Positions 23,153-31,476 of a stretch of DNA of 32,000 nt are shown one piece after another. The translations under genes were made by a program, and so were the position numbers. Below the pieces are notes generated by a model, which made no database searches, was not told the origin of the DNA, and saw only the letters and a program-made list of their open reading frames with translations. Source of the DNA: Nitrososphaerota archaeon (GTDB taxonomy: Archaea > Thermoproteota > Nitrososphaeria > Nitrososphaerales > UBA57); contig VHBL01000003.1 in NCBI GenBank assembly GCA_016871995.1, forward strand, positions 60,001 through 92,000, written 5' to 3'. Position 1 is the first letter of the stretch, and every line of letters begins with the position of its first letter.

Positions 23153-24718
23153 ATGCAGTACTGCTTGGCCGTAATCAGAAAGTTCGAGCTTCTTGTCCCT
23201 GTAACAGTTCTGCTAGCGGGCATCGCATCAGTCTCCTATCTCTACTCTTCTGACAAATATTCACTGCTTTACTACGGCGACTCGATTTCTCACCTTGTTG
23301 CTGGGAGGAAGCTTGTAGACTGGCATAATCCTGGCATTTCCCAGCTTGGGACAGTGTGGCTTCCTTTGCTTCACATATTTCTAATCCCTGCAGCCCTAAA
23401 CAACTTTCTTTTTACAAGCGGCATGGCTGGAACAGTGATAAGTCTACCATCTCTAGTATTAACATCATTCTATATCACAAGGATGGCATATGATTGGACC
23501 AAGTCAGAGAGGACGGCAGTTCTGACTGGGTTAATTTTTGCGCTAAATCCCAGCGTAATCTACATGGGGCTAGTTTCCATGCAGGAATCACTCTTCATGT
23601 TCTTTGCAGTATCTTCTGCTTATTACGCGTATACTTGGCATAAGAATAGATCAACGACAGATCTCTACATAGCAGTCGCTCTTACAACATTTGCAACTCT
23701 GACAAGGTACGAGGGCTGGTTCCTGCCTATAGCCCTCGCGGTTCTTGCAGCCTCCAAGATACGAGCAGAAAGCTTTAGGATTAATTTGCTGAATTTTCTT
23801 TGTGCTTCAGCATCGTTTGCGGGGGTTATCTTTTGGTTTTTGTGGAATGCTTTAGCGTTTGGAGACCCCTTGGCCTTCATCAACACACCTTTCTATTCTT
23901 ACCTAGCTCAGGCGACCAGCAGGCCATTTAGAGAATTCCTGTATCTTCAGCCTCTGCAGTCTGGACAAATTTTGTCGACTGCAATGGAAGTCATGTACGG
24001 CGCTCCATTACTGGTCATTTCCCTACTCGGTTTGGCAGTCTTTGTTGCTAAGATGGGAGAACGCAAGAACAAGATGGTCTTTGCTACATTGTTGGCTCTT
24101 CCCTTCGCAGTAATCTACCTGTCATTGGTCATGGGAGTTGGGGAGATATTCCATCAGGGCGGAGGCATATGGTTCAACAGCAGGTTCTTAGTACTTGCAT
24201 CCCCAATAATATCGTTTGGAAGTACTGTTATTCTTGGCATTCCAAAAAAGAAACTCTTTGTTGTACCGCTCGTTGCGATAATAGTGCTATCAGCATCTTT
24301 TGGAGCTATTAGGCAGCTTGGCTATCCAAATCCTCCTATGGTTATGAAAGAAGCTTATGCAGGTTTTTCATATAGGAATGAAACTTTCTCCGCAATAGAA
24401 ACTGCAAGGATATTGCAGCAGAATTACAACGGTGGAACTGTGTTGATACTGACTTCTTCCGGGGACGCGCATAAGATAATGGTCTTTTGCGGTATACACC
24501 TAGTCAATTTTAGGGACTTGTTTGCCGGGGAACCTTGGCCTCTGGTTAATGGTAGCAGATCGTTCAACAAGTTTGTCATAGTTTCTAATAGGCCTTCGGG
24601 AGACGCTATTAACGGGGTTCGCTTTATTGAGAACAATTCTGTTCTTCTAAATGAGAAATATGAAGTCATCTACCATAATGAATTCTATACTCTTATGAAG
24701 CTGGGAAATTCTAACTGA
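23153..24718 (+). CDS. large polytopic membrane protein, GT-C (ArnT/PMT-like) glycosyltransferase candidate
   Basis: 521 aa with about 11 TM helices followed by a ~150-aa soluble C-terminal domain. The first loop, YYGDSISHL, has an acidic residue. This architecture is typical of lipid-linked-sugar-dependent glycosyltransferases. Confidence 0.5.
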   Translation: MQYCLAVIRKFELLVPVTVLLAGIASVSYLYSSDKYSLLYYGDSISHLVAGRKLVDWHNPGISQLGTVWLPLLHIFLIPAALNNFLFTSGMAGTVISLPSLVLTSFYITRMAYDWTKSERTAVLTGLIFALNPSVIYMGLVSMQESLFMFFAVSSAYYAYTWHKNRSTTDLYIAVALTTFATLTRYEGWFLPIALAVLAASKIRAESFRINLLNFLCASASFAGVIFWFLWNALAFGDPLAFINTPFYSYLAQATSRPFREFLYLQPLQSGQILSTAMEVMYGAPLLVISLLGLAVFVAKMGERKNKMVFATLLALPFAVIYLSLVMGVGEIFHQGGGIWFNSRFLVLASPIISFGSTVILGIPKKKLFVVPLVAIIVLSASFGAIRQLGYPNPPMVMKEAYAGFSYRNETFSAIETARILQQNYNGGTVLILTSSGDAHKIMVFCGIHLVNFRDLFAGEPWPLVNGSRSFNKFVIVSNRPSGDAINGVRFIENNSVLLNEKYEVIYHNEFYTLMKLGNSN

Positions 24719-24734
24719 AAATACGTATAAATTT

Positions 24735-24781
24735 CTATCAAAAAATAAAATGTAGAATGCCTTACCATAGAGGTAAGGCAT
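24735..24781 (-). terminator. perfect 10-bp hairpin followed (on the minus strand) by a T-rich tract
   Basis: ATGCCTTACC (24757-24766) pairs with GGTAAGGCAT (24772-24781) across the loop ATAGA. On the minus strand the hairpin is followed by TCTACATTTTATTTTTT. It lies in the 71-nt convergent spacer just after the 24790 stop. Confidence 0.5.
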
Positions 24782-24789
24782 CTTCACGT

Positions 24790-27162
24790 TTATGCCTTCT
24801 TCCTTCTGCTGAACAGCACTCCTGATATGACTACCAGAACTACTCCAATTCCTATTGCAGCATAGGATATTGGGCTGATAGTTTCCACTGTTACTTCCTT
24901 GACTATTTCTTTTGGTACTTCTTTTATGACCTCTTTAGGTACTTCTTTGATGACTTCTTTTACTATTTCCTTTGGTACTTCTTTAACAACTTCTTTGATT
25001 ACCTCTTTAGGAACTTCCTTTATGACTTCTTTTGTAATTACCTGAGGCTGTGGTAGGCGATCGGGCAGACCGTAGGCTATGAGGCTACCATCCGTGCGCG
25101 ATCCCACTCCTGCAACAGGTCCGCCTCCACCACCACCGACATGCACCAGCACTAGCATCTTGCCAGCCTTGGTAGCGCCTACGGTGGGCATGACGTTCAC
25201 TGGTATGCCGAAGAACTTTTCGTGGAGCAATTTTCCAGTTTCCGCATCGATGAACTTCAAGTTACCATCGCTCGCATACGCCATGACAAACCCTCCTGTT
25301 ACTGATATTCCTCCCCTGTGGCTTACACCCTCGATACGATATGTCCAGACTTGCTTTCCTGTATTCACATCAAGTGCATTTATGTTCGTGTTGCGTAACG
25401 TATCAATTGTAGCAACTGCTAGTCCTCCTGGAGGGACGGCACCTCCTAGTCCATTGTTCCCGTAGCGAACTACAGGTCCTTCATGACGCCATCTTGGCTG
25501 ATTGAAGCTTGCCATATACACTCGCTTTCCATCGTAAGCTAGGTCAGATTCAAGGCACTCCGTGACACAAGATACCTTGAGAACCTCTTTCTTGGGATAG
25601 ACTACCCATGGTTTGGCCATGTCTGCCTTTGTCATCCTGCAGCAAGCTTCCGGATCTGTTGGCCTGTTGTTTGCACCTACACCATAGTATACATTGAGGG
25701 CTTCCCACCCCGGATATACCCCACCCCTAACAACGTTCGGATTATCATAGACCCAGAATGGTTTTCCAGTCGCGGCATCTAATGCATATACGATGCCATT
25801 CTTGCAGCTCTTAATGTAGGCCTTCTTGCCCTGTACTTGTCCAAGGATGCCACCCCATGAACAGTCATAGTCCCATAAGTCATGAGGAATTGCGTTGAAC
25901 CACCATACCATCTTTCCAGTCCTTACGTCATGTGCAGTGAAGCCGCTACCATGCAACCCTGGTCCGTATCTATGAGTAAGGTTGGTATATGGTCCTTGAT
26001 CACCCCATCCTAGATAGACTATGCCCGTCTCCTGGTCTATGACATACTGGCCCCAGACTGGTGATATGGAAGAGGCTGAATGAACTTTTCCAAACGAAGG
26101 CGATCCTGGTACCAGATCAATCCAGTCGTTTCTCACTACGTCGGGGCTAACGTCGGTGCACTTTGTTGCCAAATATGTCGGTTCCCTGTCTCTTGCAGGA
26201 TAGTTTATTCCTTCTAGATATCTTGGATACTCGAAGTACCAACCATTACCGTTCGCTTTGCTACACTCGCTAATTGCCCAGTTGGGATCTCCCTGGGGTG
26301 ATGGAAATACCCATTCCCTATAGAGTCTCTTGGGGTTTGCTGGATCGCTCATGTCGAATGCTGTTACAAATGACCTCCCGCCGCCGCCGCTTCTGCCCGC
26401 TGGTGGGAAGAACATTATATTTCCGACGAATACGGGCGGATTAGTACCAGAAGCGGCCATGTACCCTTGGAACCCTAAGGAACCCAATAAAGCGGGCGTC
26501 TTAGTGGGATCCCCAAATTCTGCATTGGTCCCGCACAACTGTTCTGTGGTTAGAGTCCAGGCTGTCTTACCTGTTTTGGCATCGATAGCGAAGAGATTAC
26601 ACGATCCCTGTGAACTAGTTATGAGCCAGCCCTTATCTCGGTAGTAGTTTATAGCATGCACGTGGAGTCCTGGAGCAGCCTGCATCCATGGGTACGGTAC
26701 TATGTGTTTTTGCACATCAAAATAGGTTGCATAGGTGTTATTCCATAGCAACTTGCCATTCGTCGCATCAATTGCAAGGATCCTCCTATCATTCATCGCT
26801 ACATAGATTGTGCCATCAACTATTATAGGCGGTGCCATGGCACCCAGTAGTTGGGCTGCCGGGTCGAAATAGGGCTTGCCACCGGGTTTATTGTACGGGT
26901 AGACCCACTTGGGCTCCAGATATTGCACATTATCTTTGTTGATTTGGTTCTGGGGGCTGTAACTACCTCCAGTTGGTCCATAGTTTATCCATTCCCAATT
27001 ACCTGTTACTACTGAAGGAGCTGCTCCTCCAGCTGGAGGGCCTCCAGGATCGAATGCACTTACACGGGGGATCGCTGCAAGTATTGCTGGTCCGAGTAGG
27101 AGTATTGTCGTCAGCAGACTCAACATTATTAGTCGATTAGCCATGTCTCGCTTGCTAGTCAT
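24790..27162 (-). CDS. exported quinoprotein-like (PQQ-repeat) 8-bladed beta-propeller with repeat stalk and C-terminal TM anchor
   Basis: 790 aa with a signal peptide. It has YSPQNQINKDNVQYLEPKWVY, PPIIVDGTIYVAMNDRRILAIDATNGKLLW, recurring A(I/L)DA.TGK..W blade motifs and LWDYDCSWG. These are followed by 12 K-E-V-x units and VETISPISYAAIGIGVVLVVISGVLFSRRKKA. The second ATG (27144, MANRLIM..) lies about 26 nt from a TTAAATA box, so it may be a leaderless start. Confidence 0.85.
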   Translation of the reverse strand: MTSKRDMANRLIMLSLLTTILLLGPAILAAIPRVSAFDPGGPPAGGAAPSVVTGNWEWINYGPTGGSYSPQNQINKDNVQYLEPKWVYPYNKPGGKPYFDPAAQLLGAMAPPIIVDGTIYVAMNDRRILAIDATNGKLLWNNTYATYFDVQKHIVPYPWMQAAPGLHVHAINYYRDKGWLITSSQGSCNLFAIDAKTGKTAWTLTTEQLCGTNAEFGDPTKTPALLGSLGFQGYMAASGTNPPVFVGNIMFFPPAGRSGGGGRSFVTAFDMSDPANPKRLYREWVFPSPQGDPNWAISECSKANGNGWYFEYPRYLEGINYPARDREPTYLATKCTDVSPDVVRNDWIDLVPGSPSFGKVHSASSISPVWGQYVIDQETGIVYLGWGDQGPYTNLTHRYGPGLHGSGFTAHDVRTGKMVWWFNAIPHDLWDYDCSWGGILGQVQGKKAYIKSCKNGIVYALDAATGKPFWVYDNPNVVRGGVYPGWEALNVYYGVGANNRPTDPEACCRMTKADMAKPWVVYPKKEVLKVSCVTECLESDLAYDGKRVYMASFNQPRWRHEGPVVRYGNNGLGGAVPPGGLAVATIDTLRNTNINALDVNTGKQVWTYRIEGVSHRGGISVTGGFVMAYASDGNLKFIDAETGKLLHEKFFGIPVNVMPTVGATKAGKMLVLVHVGGGGGGPVAGVGSRTDGSLIAYGLPDRLPQPQVITKEVIKEVPKEVIKEVVKEVPKEIVKEVIKEVPKEVIKEVPKEIVKEVTVETISPISYAAIGIGVVLVVISGVLFSRRKKA
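24889..25032 (-). repeat. 12-nt periodic coding tandem repeat, 12 units (K-E-[VI]-[IPVT])
   Basis: It reads KEVI KEVP KEVI KEVV KEVP KEIV KEVI KEVP KEVI KEVP KEIV KEVT. The units differ by synonymous and third-position changes. Confidence 0.85.
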
Positions 27163-27164
27163 CG

Positions 27165-27177
27165 TGTATTTAAGATA
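27165..27177 (-). promoter_or_regulatory. candidate TATA box of the propeller gene
   Basis: The minus strand reads TATCTTAAATAC. The box is centred about 8 nt from ATG 27162 but about 26 nt from ATG 27144. Confidence 0.3.
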
Positions 27178-27284
27178 GAAAGGATCAGTCTGAAATAATA
27201 CGTCAATTGTCGAACATTATGGTAATGTGGGCCTAGAGATTCATGCGTTTTCAATTATTATAGATGTTGAAATACTAATCGGCA

Positions 27285-27749
27285 TTATTTTATCAAAGAT
27301 TCCTGAACGATTACTACCCTGCTATGAATAAGGTTCAAAATTTCTGGTATCTTGGTTTGAGCAACACCCTCGTCTACCCAAGAGAATTCATAGGTCTTCC
27401 CATTGACTCTAACGGTCAGCGTGTATTCAAAATAGTCTGCAGCTCCTGGACCAGCTTTTATCGAGGTACTAGGAACCCTGTCAATGTTTCTAGTTATGAA
27501 ACCTTTCAGGTCGTCAAAAACTATTGCATCGATTTTCGTAGTGAATTGTTTGCGTATGTTGCTGGTAAAAGATGCTCCGCCGTCTGCTTCCACGACGAAC
27601 TTCTCATCCATACCTGCAATTCCGCCTGTTCTTGCATATTCTATACGAAAGTCTGATGGCTGGATGATAGTAGTAGAAGGCAGAAACAATAAGACAGAAC
27701 CTGCAATTGCTGCTACAACTGCAACTACTATAATTATGATGGGTTTCAA
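27285..27749 (-). CDS. membrane-anchored protein with an emfourin-like pattern (tentative)
   Basis: 154 aa with a TTG start and an N-terminal TM. YARTGGIAGMDEKF and AADYFEYTLTVRVNGKTYEF..IPEILNLI recall the R-x-GG-F-A ... D-x-(Y/F)-F-x-(I/Y) pattern of the protealysin-inhibitor (emfourin) family. This rests on recall only, with no alignment run. Confidence 0.4.
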   Translation of the reverse strand: MKPIIIIVVAVVAAIAGSVLLFLPSTTIIQPSDFRIEYARTGGIAGMDEKFVVEADGGASFTSNIRKQFTTKIDAIVFDDLKGFITRNIDRVPSTSIKAGPGAADYFEYTLTVRVNGKTYEFSWVDEGVAQTKIPEILNLIHSRVVIVQESLIK

Positions 27750-27833
27750 TTGGGTCGCTGCTAGGTCTTCTGCAATTTATATAATACTTTACATATTTAC
27801 TTACTAAACCAGCTCAGTTTAAGACTGATCCAA

Positions 27834-28931
27834 ATGGGCATTCAGGAGAAGATCAAGCGCATCGAGGACGACCTGCACAGGACGCAGGTCAACAAGAAGA
27901 CAGAGCATCATATCGGTCTTTTGAGGGCCAAACTGGCAAAGCTCAAGCGCGAAGCTGAAGAGGCGAAGAGCCACGGCGGTGCTAGCTCGCTAGGATTTGA
28001 TGTTAAGAGGAGCGGAGATGCAACTGTCGTTCTGATAGGACTGCCCAGCGTAGGCAAATCAACACTGTTGAACAGCCTGACCAATGCCAAATCAAAGGTT
28101 GCTGCGTATCAATTTACGACACTAACAGTAGTGCCTGGAGTCTTGGAGTACAACGGTGCAAGGATACAAGTTCTGGATTTGCCAGGGATAATTCAGGGCG
28201 CATCGAGCGGCAAAGGTTTAGGAAGAAGGGTGCTGTCAGTTGCAAGGTCTGCAGATCTTATTCTGTTCGTGCTTGATGTATTCCAGCCTGAAGCACATTC
28301 TCTTTTAGTCAATGAAATCAAGGGCATAGGGGTAAGGCCTGGAGAGAAACCCCCAAACGTTACAATTGAGAAGACTGGCAACGGAGGAGTTTCCGTTGTC
28401 TCACAAATAAAGATGACGAAGATGAGCGAGGAACTTGTCAAGGACATACTGAGAGTATATGATATACACCATGCCCGAGTAATCATAAGGGAGGATATTT
28501 CTGACGAACAGCTAATCGATGTTTTAGTTGGCACCAGAACATATCCAAAGGCCCTAGTAGTGATGAACAAGATCGATCTAGTCAACGCAGGTTTTATCAA
28601 CGAAATACGTTCAAGGGATGGAGTAGATTTCGTTCCGATCTCTGCAGATGCAGGGATAAATGTCGAAGCTCTGAAGGAGCAGATATTCCAGAAACTAGGC
28701 TTCATCAGAATCTTCATGCGCCCAAAAGGAGAGGAAACAGATTACGAAGAGCCGATGATCGTAAGAAATGGCTCTTTAATTCTGGATGTCTGCAACAGGG
28801 TTCATCGAAACTTGAAGGATGAATTTCGATATGCTCAGGTCTGGGGCAGTAGCGTAAAGTTCCCTGGCCAGAGGGTTGGCATAAACCATCGCTTGATGGA
28901 TGGTGATGTGTTGACTCTGATAAGCAAGTAA
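27834..28931 (+). CDS. developmentally regulated GTP-binding protein (DRG/Rbg, OBG-HflX superfamily) with C-terminal TGS domain
   Basis: 365 aa. It has G1 GLPSVGKSTLLN, G2 FTT, G3 DLPGII and G4 NKID, plus the TGS-like end GQRVGINHRLMDGDVLTL. Confidence 0.9.
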   Translation: MGIQEKIKRIEDDLHRTQVNKKTEHHIGLLRAKLAKLKREAEEAKSHGGASSLGFDVKRSGDATVVLIGLPSVGKSTLLNSLTNAKSKVAAYQFTTLTVVPGVLEYNGARIQVLDLPGIIQGASSGKGLGRRVLSVARSADLILFVLDVFQPEAHSLLVNEIKGIGVRPGEKPPNVTIEKTGNGGVSVVSQIKMTKMSEELVKDILRVYDIHHARVIIREDISDEQLIDVLVGTRTYPKALVVMNKIDLVNAGFINEIRSRDGVDFVPISADAGINVEALKEQIFQKLGFIRIFMRPKGEETDYEEPMIVRNGSLILDVCNRVHRNLKDEFRYAQVWGSSVKFPGQRVGINHRLMDGDVLTLISK

Positions 28932-30317
28932 TCAGCCGAGCTTGAATTCGTCGTGGATGGCTCTGATCGTTTCGTCGCAATCCTTCTGGCCCACTACAAA
29001 CGAAATGTTCAGTTCTGATGAGCCCTGCGCTATCATTCTTACGTTGATGTTCTTCTTAGCAACGGCTCCGAATAATCTGCTTGCAACGCCGTGGGTGCCC
29101 TTCATTCCAGCTCCAATTACCGCTATTGCGGTTATATCATCCTCAAACGAAATGTCTTTGACTGAGCCTCTCCCCAAAAGTGCCAACTCCAAGGCGTTCA
29201 TGCCTTTTGCCAGCTGACTCTTCCTCACGAGCAGGGAAATGTTGGATTCTGATATGCTTTGCGAGATCATTATGACGTTTATCCCTTGGCCGCCGAGAAT
29301 ACTGAAGACCTTGGCTGCTGTGCCGGGCATACCAACCATGCTCATCCCTGAAATGTTGATTAGTGCAACATCTTTGATTGCGGCAATGCCCTTTACTATT
29401 TCGCCCTTTTTCACAATGATGTCTTTTGAGATAAGAGTGCCGTTTGCCGTCGGGTTGAAAGTGTTTTTTATGCGGATAGGTATGCTCTTTTCGGTTGCAG
29501 GTTCCAAAGCTCTTGGGTGCATGGCCTTGGCTCCGAGTATGACCATCTCTGCAGCCTCTGCGTAGGAAATCTGCGGTATTAATCTACAATTCTTAACAAT
29601 TTTGGGGTCTGCAGTCATCAAACCATCTACATCGGTCCAAATCCAGACCTCGTCCGCGTTTATGCATGAACCTATTATCGTTGCGCTGTAATCTGAACCC
29701 CCTCTTCCAATCGTTGAGATGTCCCCATTCTGAGTTGCACCTATGAACCCAGTTAAAACAGGAATTACGCCGTTTGCGAGTATTGGTTCGAGAGTATTCT
29801 TGACCTTCTGTCTCGTCATGTTCATCAGAGGAGTCGCTTCTCCAAAACTGTCATCAGTTATGATCCCCGCCTCCCCTCCAGTAAGGTGTAAAGATCTTAA
29901 GCCGAGGTCTTCTAATGTGCCTGCTAGAATTGGTGCTGCAAGCCTTTCGCCAAATGATAGAATGTAATCCTTCGATCTTGGTGTTAGTTCTTTTAGTATG
30001 GTTCCGCTTTCAACTATACTCTTTAATCGCTGAAATAGCTCCAGAACTTCCTGCTTCACTCTGCTGCGAATCTCCACTTTGGTTATAGCATCTACGATAG
30101 CTTGTTCGTGCCTCTTTTGGAGCGTATCTAGAACTGCATTGGAGGACTCGCCCTTGCGCGCTTTTTCTACTATGCCCAGCAATTGGTCTGTAACCCCGTT
30201 CATTGCTGAAGTTACAATTACTATGCTGCTGGAGTTATGCTTTACAATCTCCGCTACGTTCCTGATCTTCTTCCCCTCTCCTACAGAGCTTCCTCCAAAC
30301 TTCATTACGAGTTTCAT
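28932..30317 (-). CDS. lysC: aspartate kinase with tandem ACT domains
   Basis: 461 aa. It has MKFGGSSVG, TIGRGGSDYSA and two C-terminal ACT repeats (ISGMSMVGMPGTAAKVF / VIGAGMKGTHGVASRLF). Confidence 0.9.
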   Translation of the reverse strand: MKLVMKFGGSSVGEGKKIRNVAEIVKHNSSSIVIVTSAMNGVTDQLLGIVEKARKGESSNAVLDTLQKRHEQAIVDAITKVEIRSRVKQEVLELFQRLKSIVESGTILKELTPRSKDYILSFGERLAAPILAGTLEDLGLRSLHLTGGEAGIITDDSFGEATPLMNMTRQKVKNTLEPILANGVIPVLTGFIGATQNGDISTIGRGGSDYSATIIGSCINADEVWIWTDVDGLMTADPKIVKNCRLIPQISYAEAAEMVILGAKAMHPRALEPATEKSIPIRIKNTFNPTANGTLISKDIIVKKGEIVKGIAAIKDVALINISGMSMVGMPGTAAKVFSILGGQGINVIMISQSISESNISLLVRKSQLAKGMNALELALLGRGSVKDISFEDDITAIAVIGAGMKGTHGVASRLFGAVAKKNINVRMIAQGSSELNISFVVGQKDCDETIRAIHDEFKLG

Positions 30318-30320
30318 TTT

Positions 30321-31334
30321 CTATATCACTCTCAGACTGTTCCTGATTTCAAGCAGGTCTCTGAGTATTGCGCTTGCAGTTTCCATGCCTCCAGCACCCT
30401 TCCCTATGATCACCTGCTCCCCTGCAAATTGGGAAATGAACTTTACCGAATTTAAGGCCCCGTTTACGCACATGGGGTCTGCCTTCTTCAGTTCCACGGG
30501 CTTCACGCTCAGATTCCCGTCTACACTCGCAATTAGCTTTATCGTTGAATCCTTGGCTCTTGCCTTCTGAATGTCCTTTTGTGCAACATCCCTTATCCCT
30601 TTGATCTGAACATCCTTGATGGTTGTGGGGATGCCCATAAGAAAGTTGGCGAGTATGACGAGCTTGGCAGCTGCATCGAAGCCATCTACATCGAGCGACG
30701 GGTTAGCCTCGGCGTACCCAAGCTTCTGGGCATTTACCAGCCCTTCTTCAAATGACACCCCATTCGCATCCATCTCGGTAAGGATATAATTTGTAGTACC
30801 ATTTAGAATTCCTCTAACAGCAAGTATCCTGTCAGCGTCCAAGCAGCGCTTTCCAAATTCGAGTATCGGCGTTCCCCCTCCAACAGAGCCGCTGAACTTC
30901 AGCATGACTCCGTTGTACCTCGCGAGCTCCATGAGGGCTGGAAATGCCAAAGCAAGGGGGCCTTTGTTTACCGTTATGACATTCTTCTTCGATTTTAACG
31001 CCTTCTCTATATGGGATATACCTGGTTCGCCGCTTTGTATGTTCGTAGGGGTAGCCTCGACTACTACCTCTGCTTCAACCTCTTCTATGACCTCGAGACC
31101 TGTTTTTTTCATGCTCTTACCTTCAATCTCAGCAACAGATTTTTTGTTCTGCTTCATCTCAAGAATCTTTGTAATGTCCAGTCCTGCTTCATCCATCGCT
31201 GCACCGCCAGTGTCCGTTATGCCAACTATTTTGGGATTCAGGCCATATTTTGCAATAAGCTCCCTTCGCCTCTCATGGAGGAGGCTGCAGAAACCCTGCC
31301 CTACAGTTCCCAGACCGATTATTACTATCCGCAT
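30321..31334 (-). CDS. hom: homoserine dehydrogenase
   Basis: 337 aa. It has the Rossmann motif MRIVIIGLGTVGQG, NKGPLA and GILNGTTNYILT. It lies 3 nt upstream of lysC. Confidence 0.9.
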   Translation of the reverse strand: MRIVIIGLGTVGQGFCSLLHERRRELIAKYGLNPKIVGITDTGGAAMDEAGLDITKILEMKQNKKSVAEIEGKSMKKTGLEVIEEVEAEVVVEATPTNIQSGEPGISHIEKALKSKKNVITVNKGPLALAFPALMELARYNGVMLKFSGSVGGGTPILEFGKRCLDADRILAVRGILNGTTNYILTEMDANGVSFEEGLVNAQKLGYAEANPSLDVDGFDAAAKLVILANFLMGIPTTIKDVQIKGIRDVAQKDIQKARAKDSTIKLIASVDGNLSVKPVELKKADPMCVNGALNSVKFISQFAGEQVIIGKGAGGMETASAILRDLLEIRNSLRVI

Positions 31335-31476
31335 TGCTGTAAGCCAGCATCTTCATTTGGCATGAATATTTGTGTATTCGTTTCGGCGTTTTGTCTGGCC
31401 ATCGGTTGTGCATACTCAGGTTGTTGCTAATAGACTATGCAGCTCCCTAAAGACTAATCAACCAACTCCTTGCATA

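Noticed and set aside
24889-25032. 12-nt periodic tandem repeat considered as a CRISPR or satellite array
   Set aside because: The period is far too short for repeat-spacer units. It lies in frame inside a long ORF, where it encodes K-E-V-x units, and a paralogue has the same peptide repeat.
27190-27262. Possible C/D-box sRNA on the minus strand (ATGAAT ... CTGA about 60 nt apart)
   Set aside because: The C box deviates from RUGAUGA and no internal C'/D' pair or terminal stem is present. The region is better explained as the promoter/spacer between two co-oriented genes.
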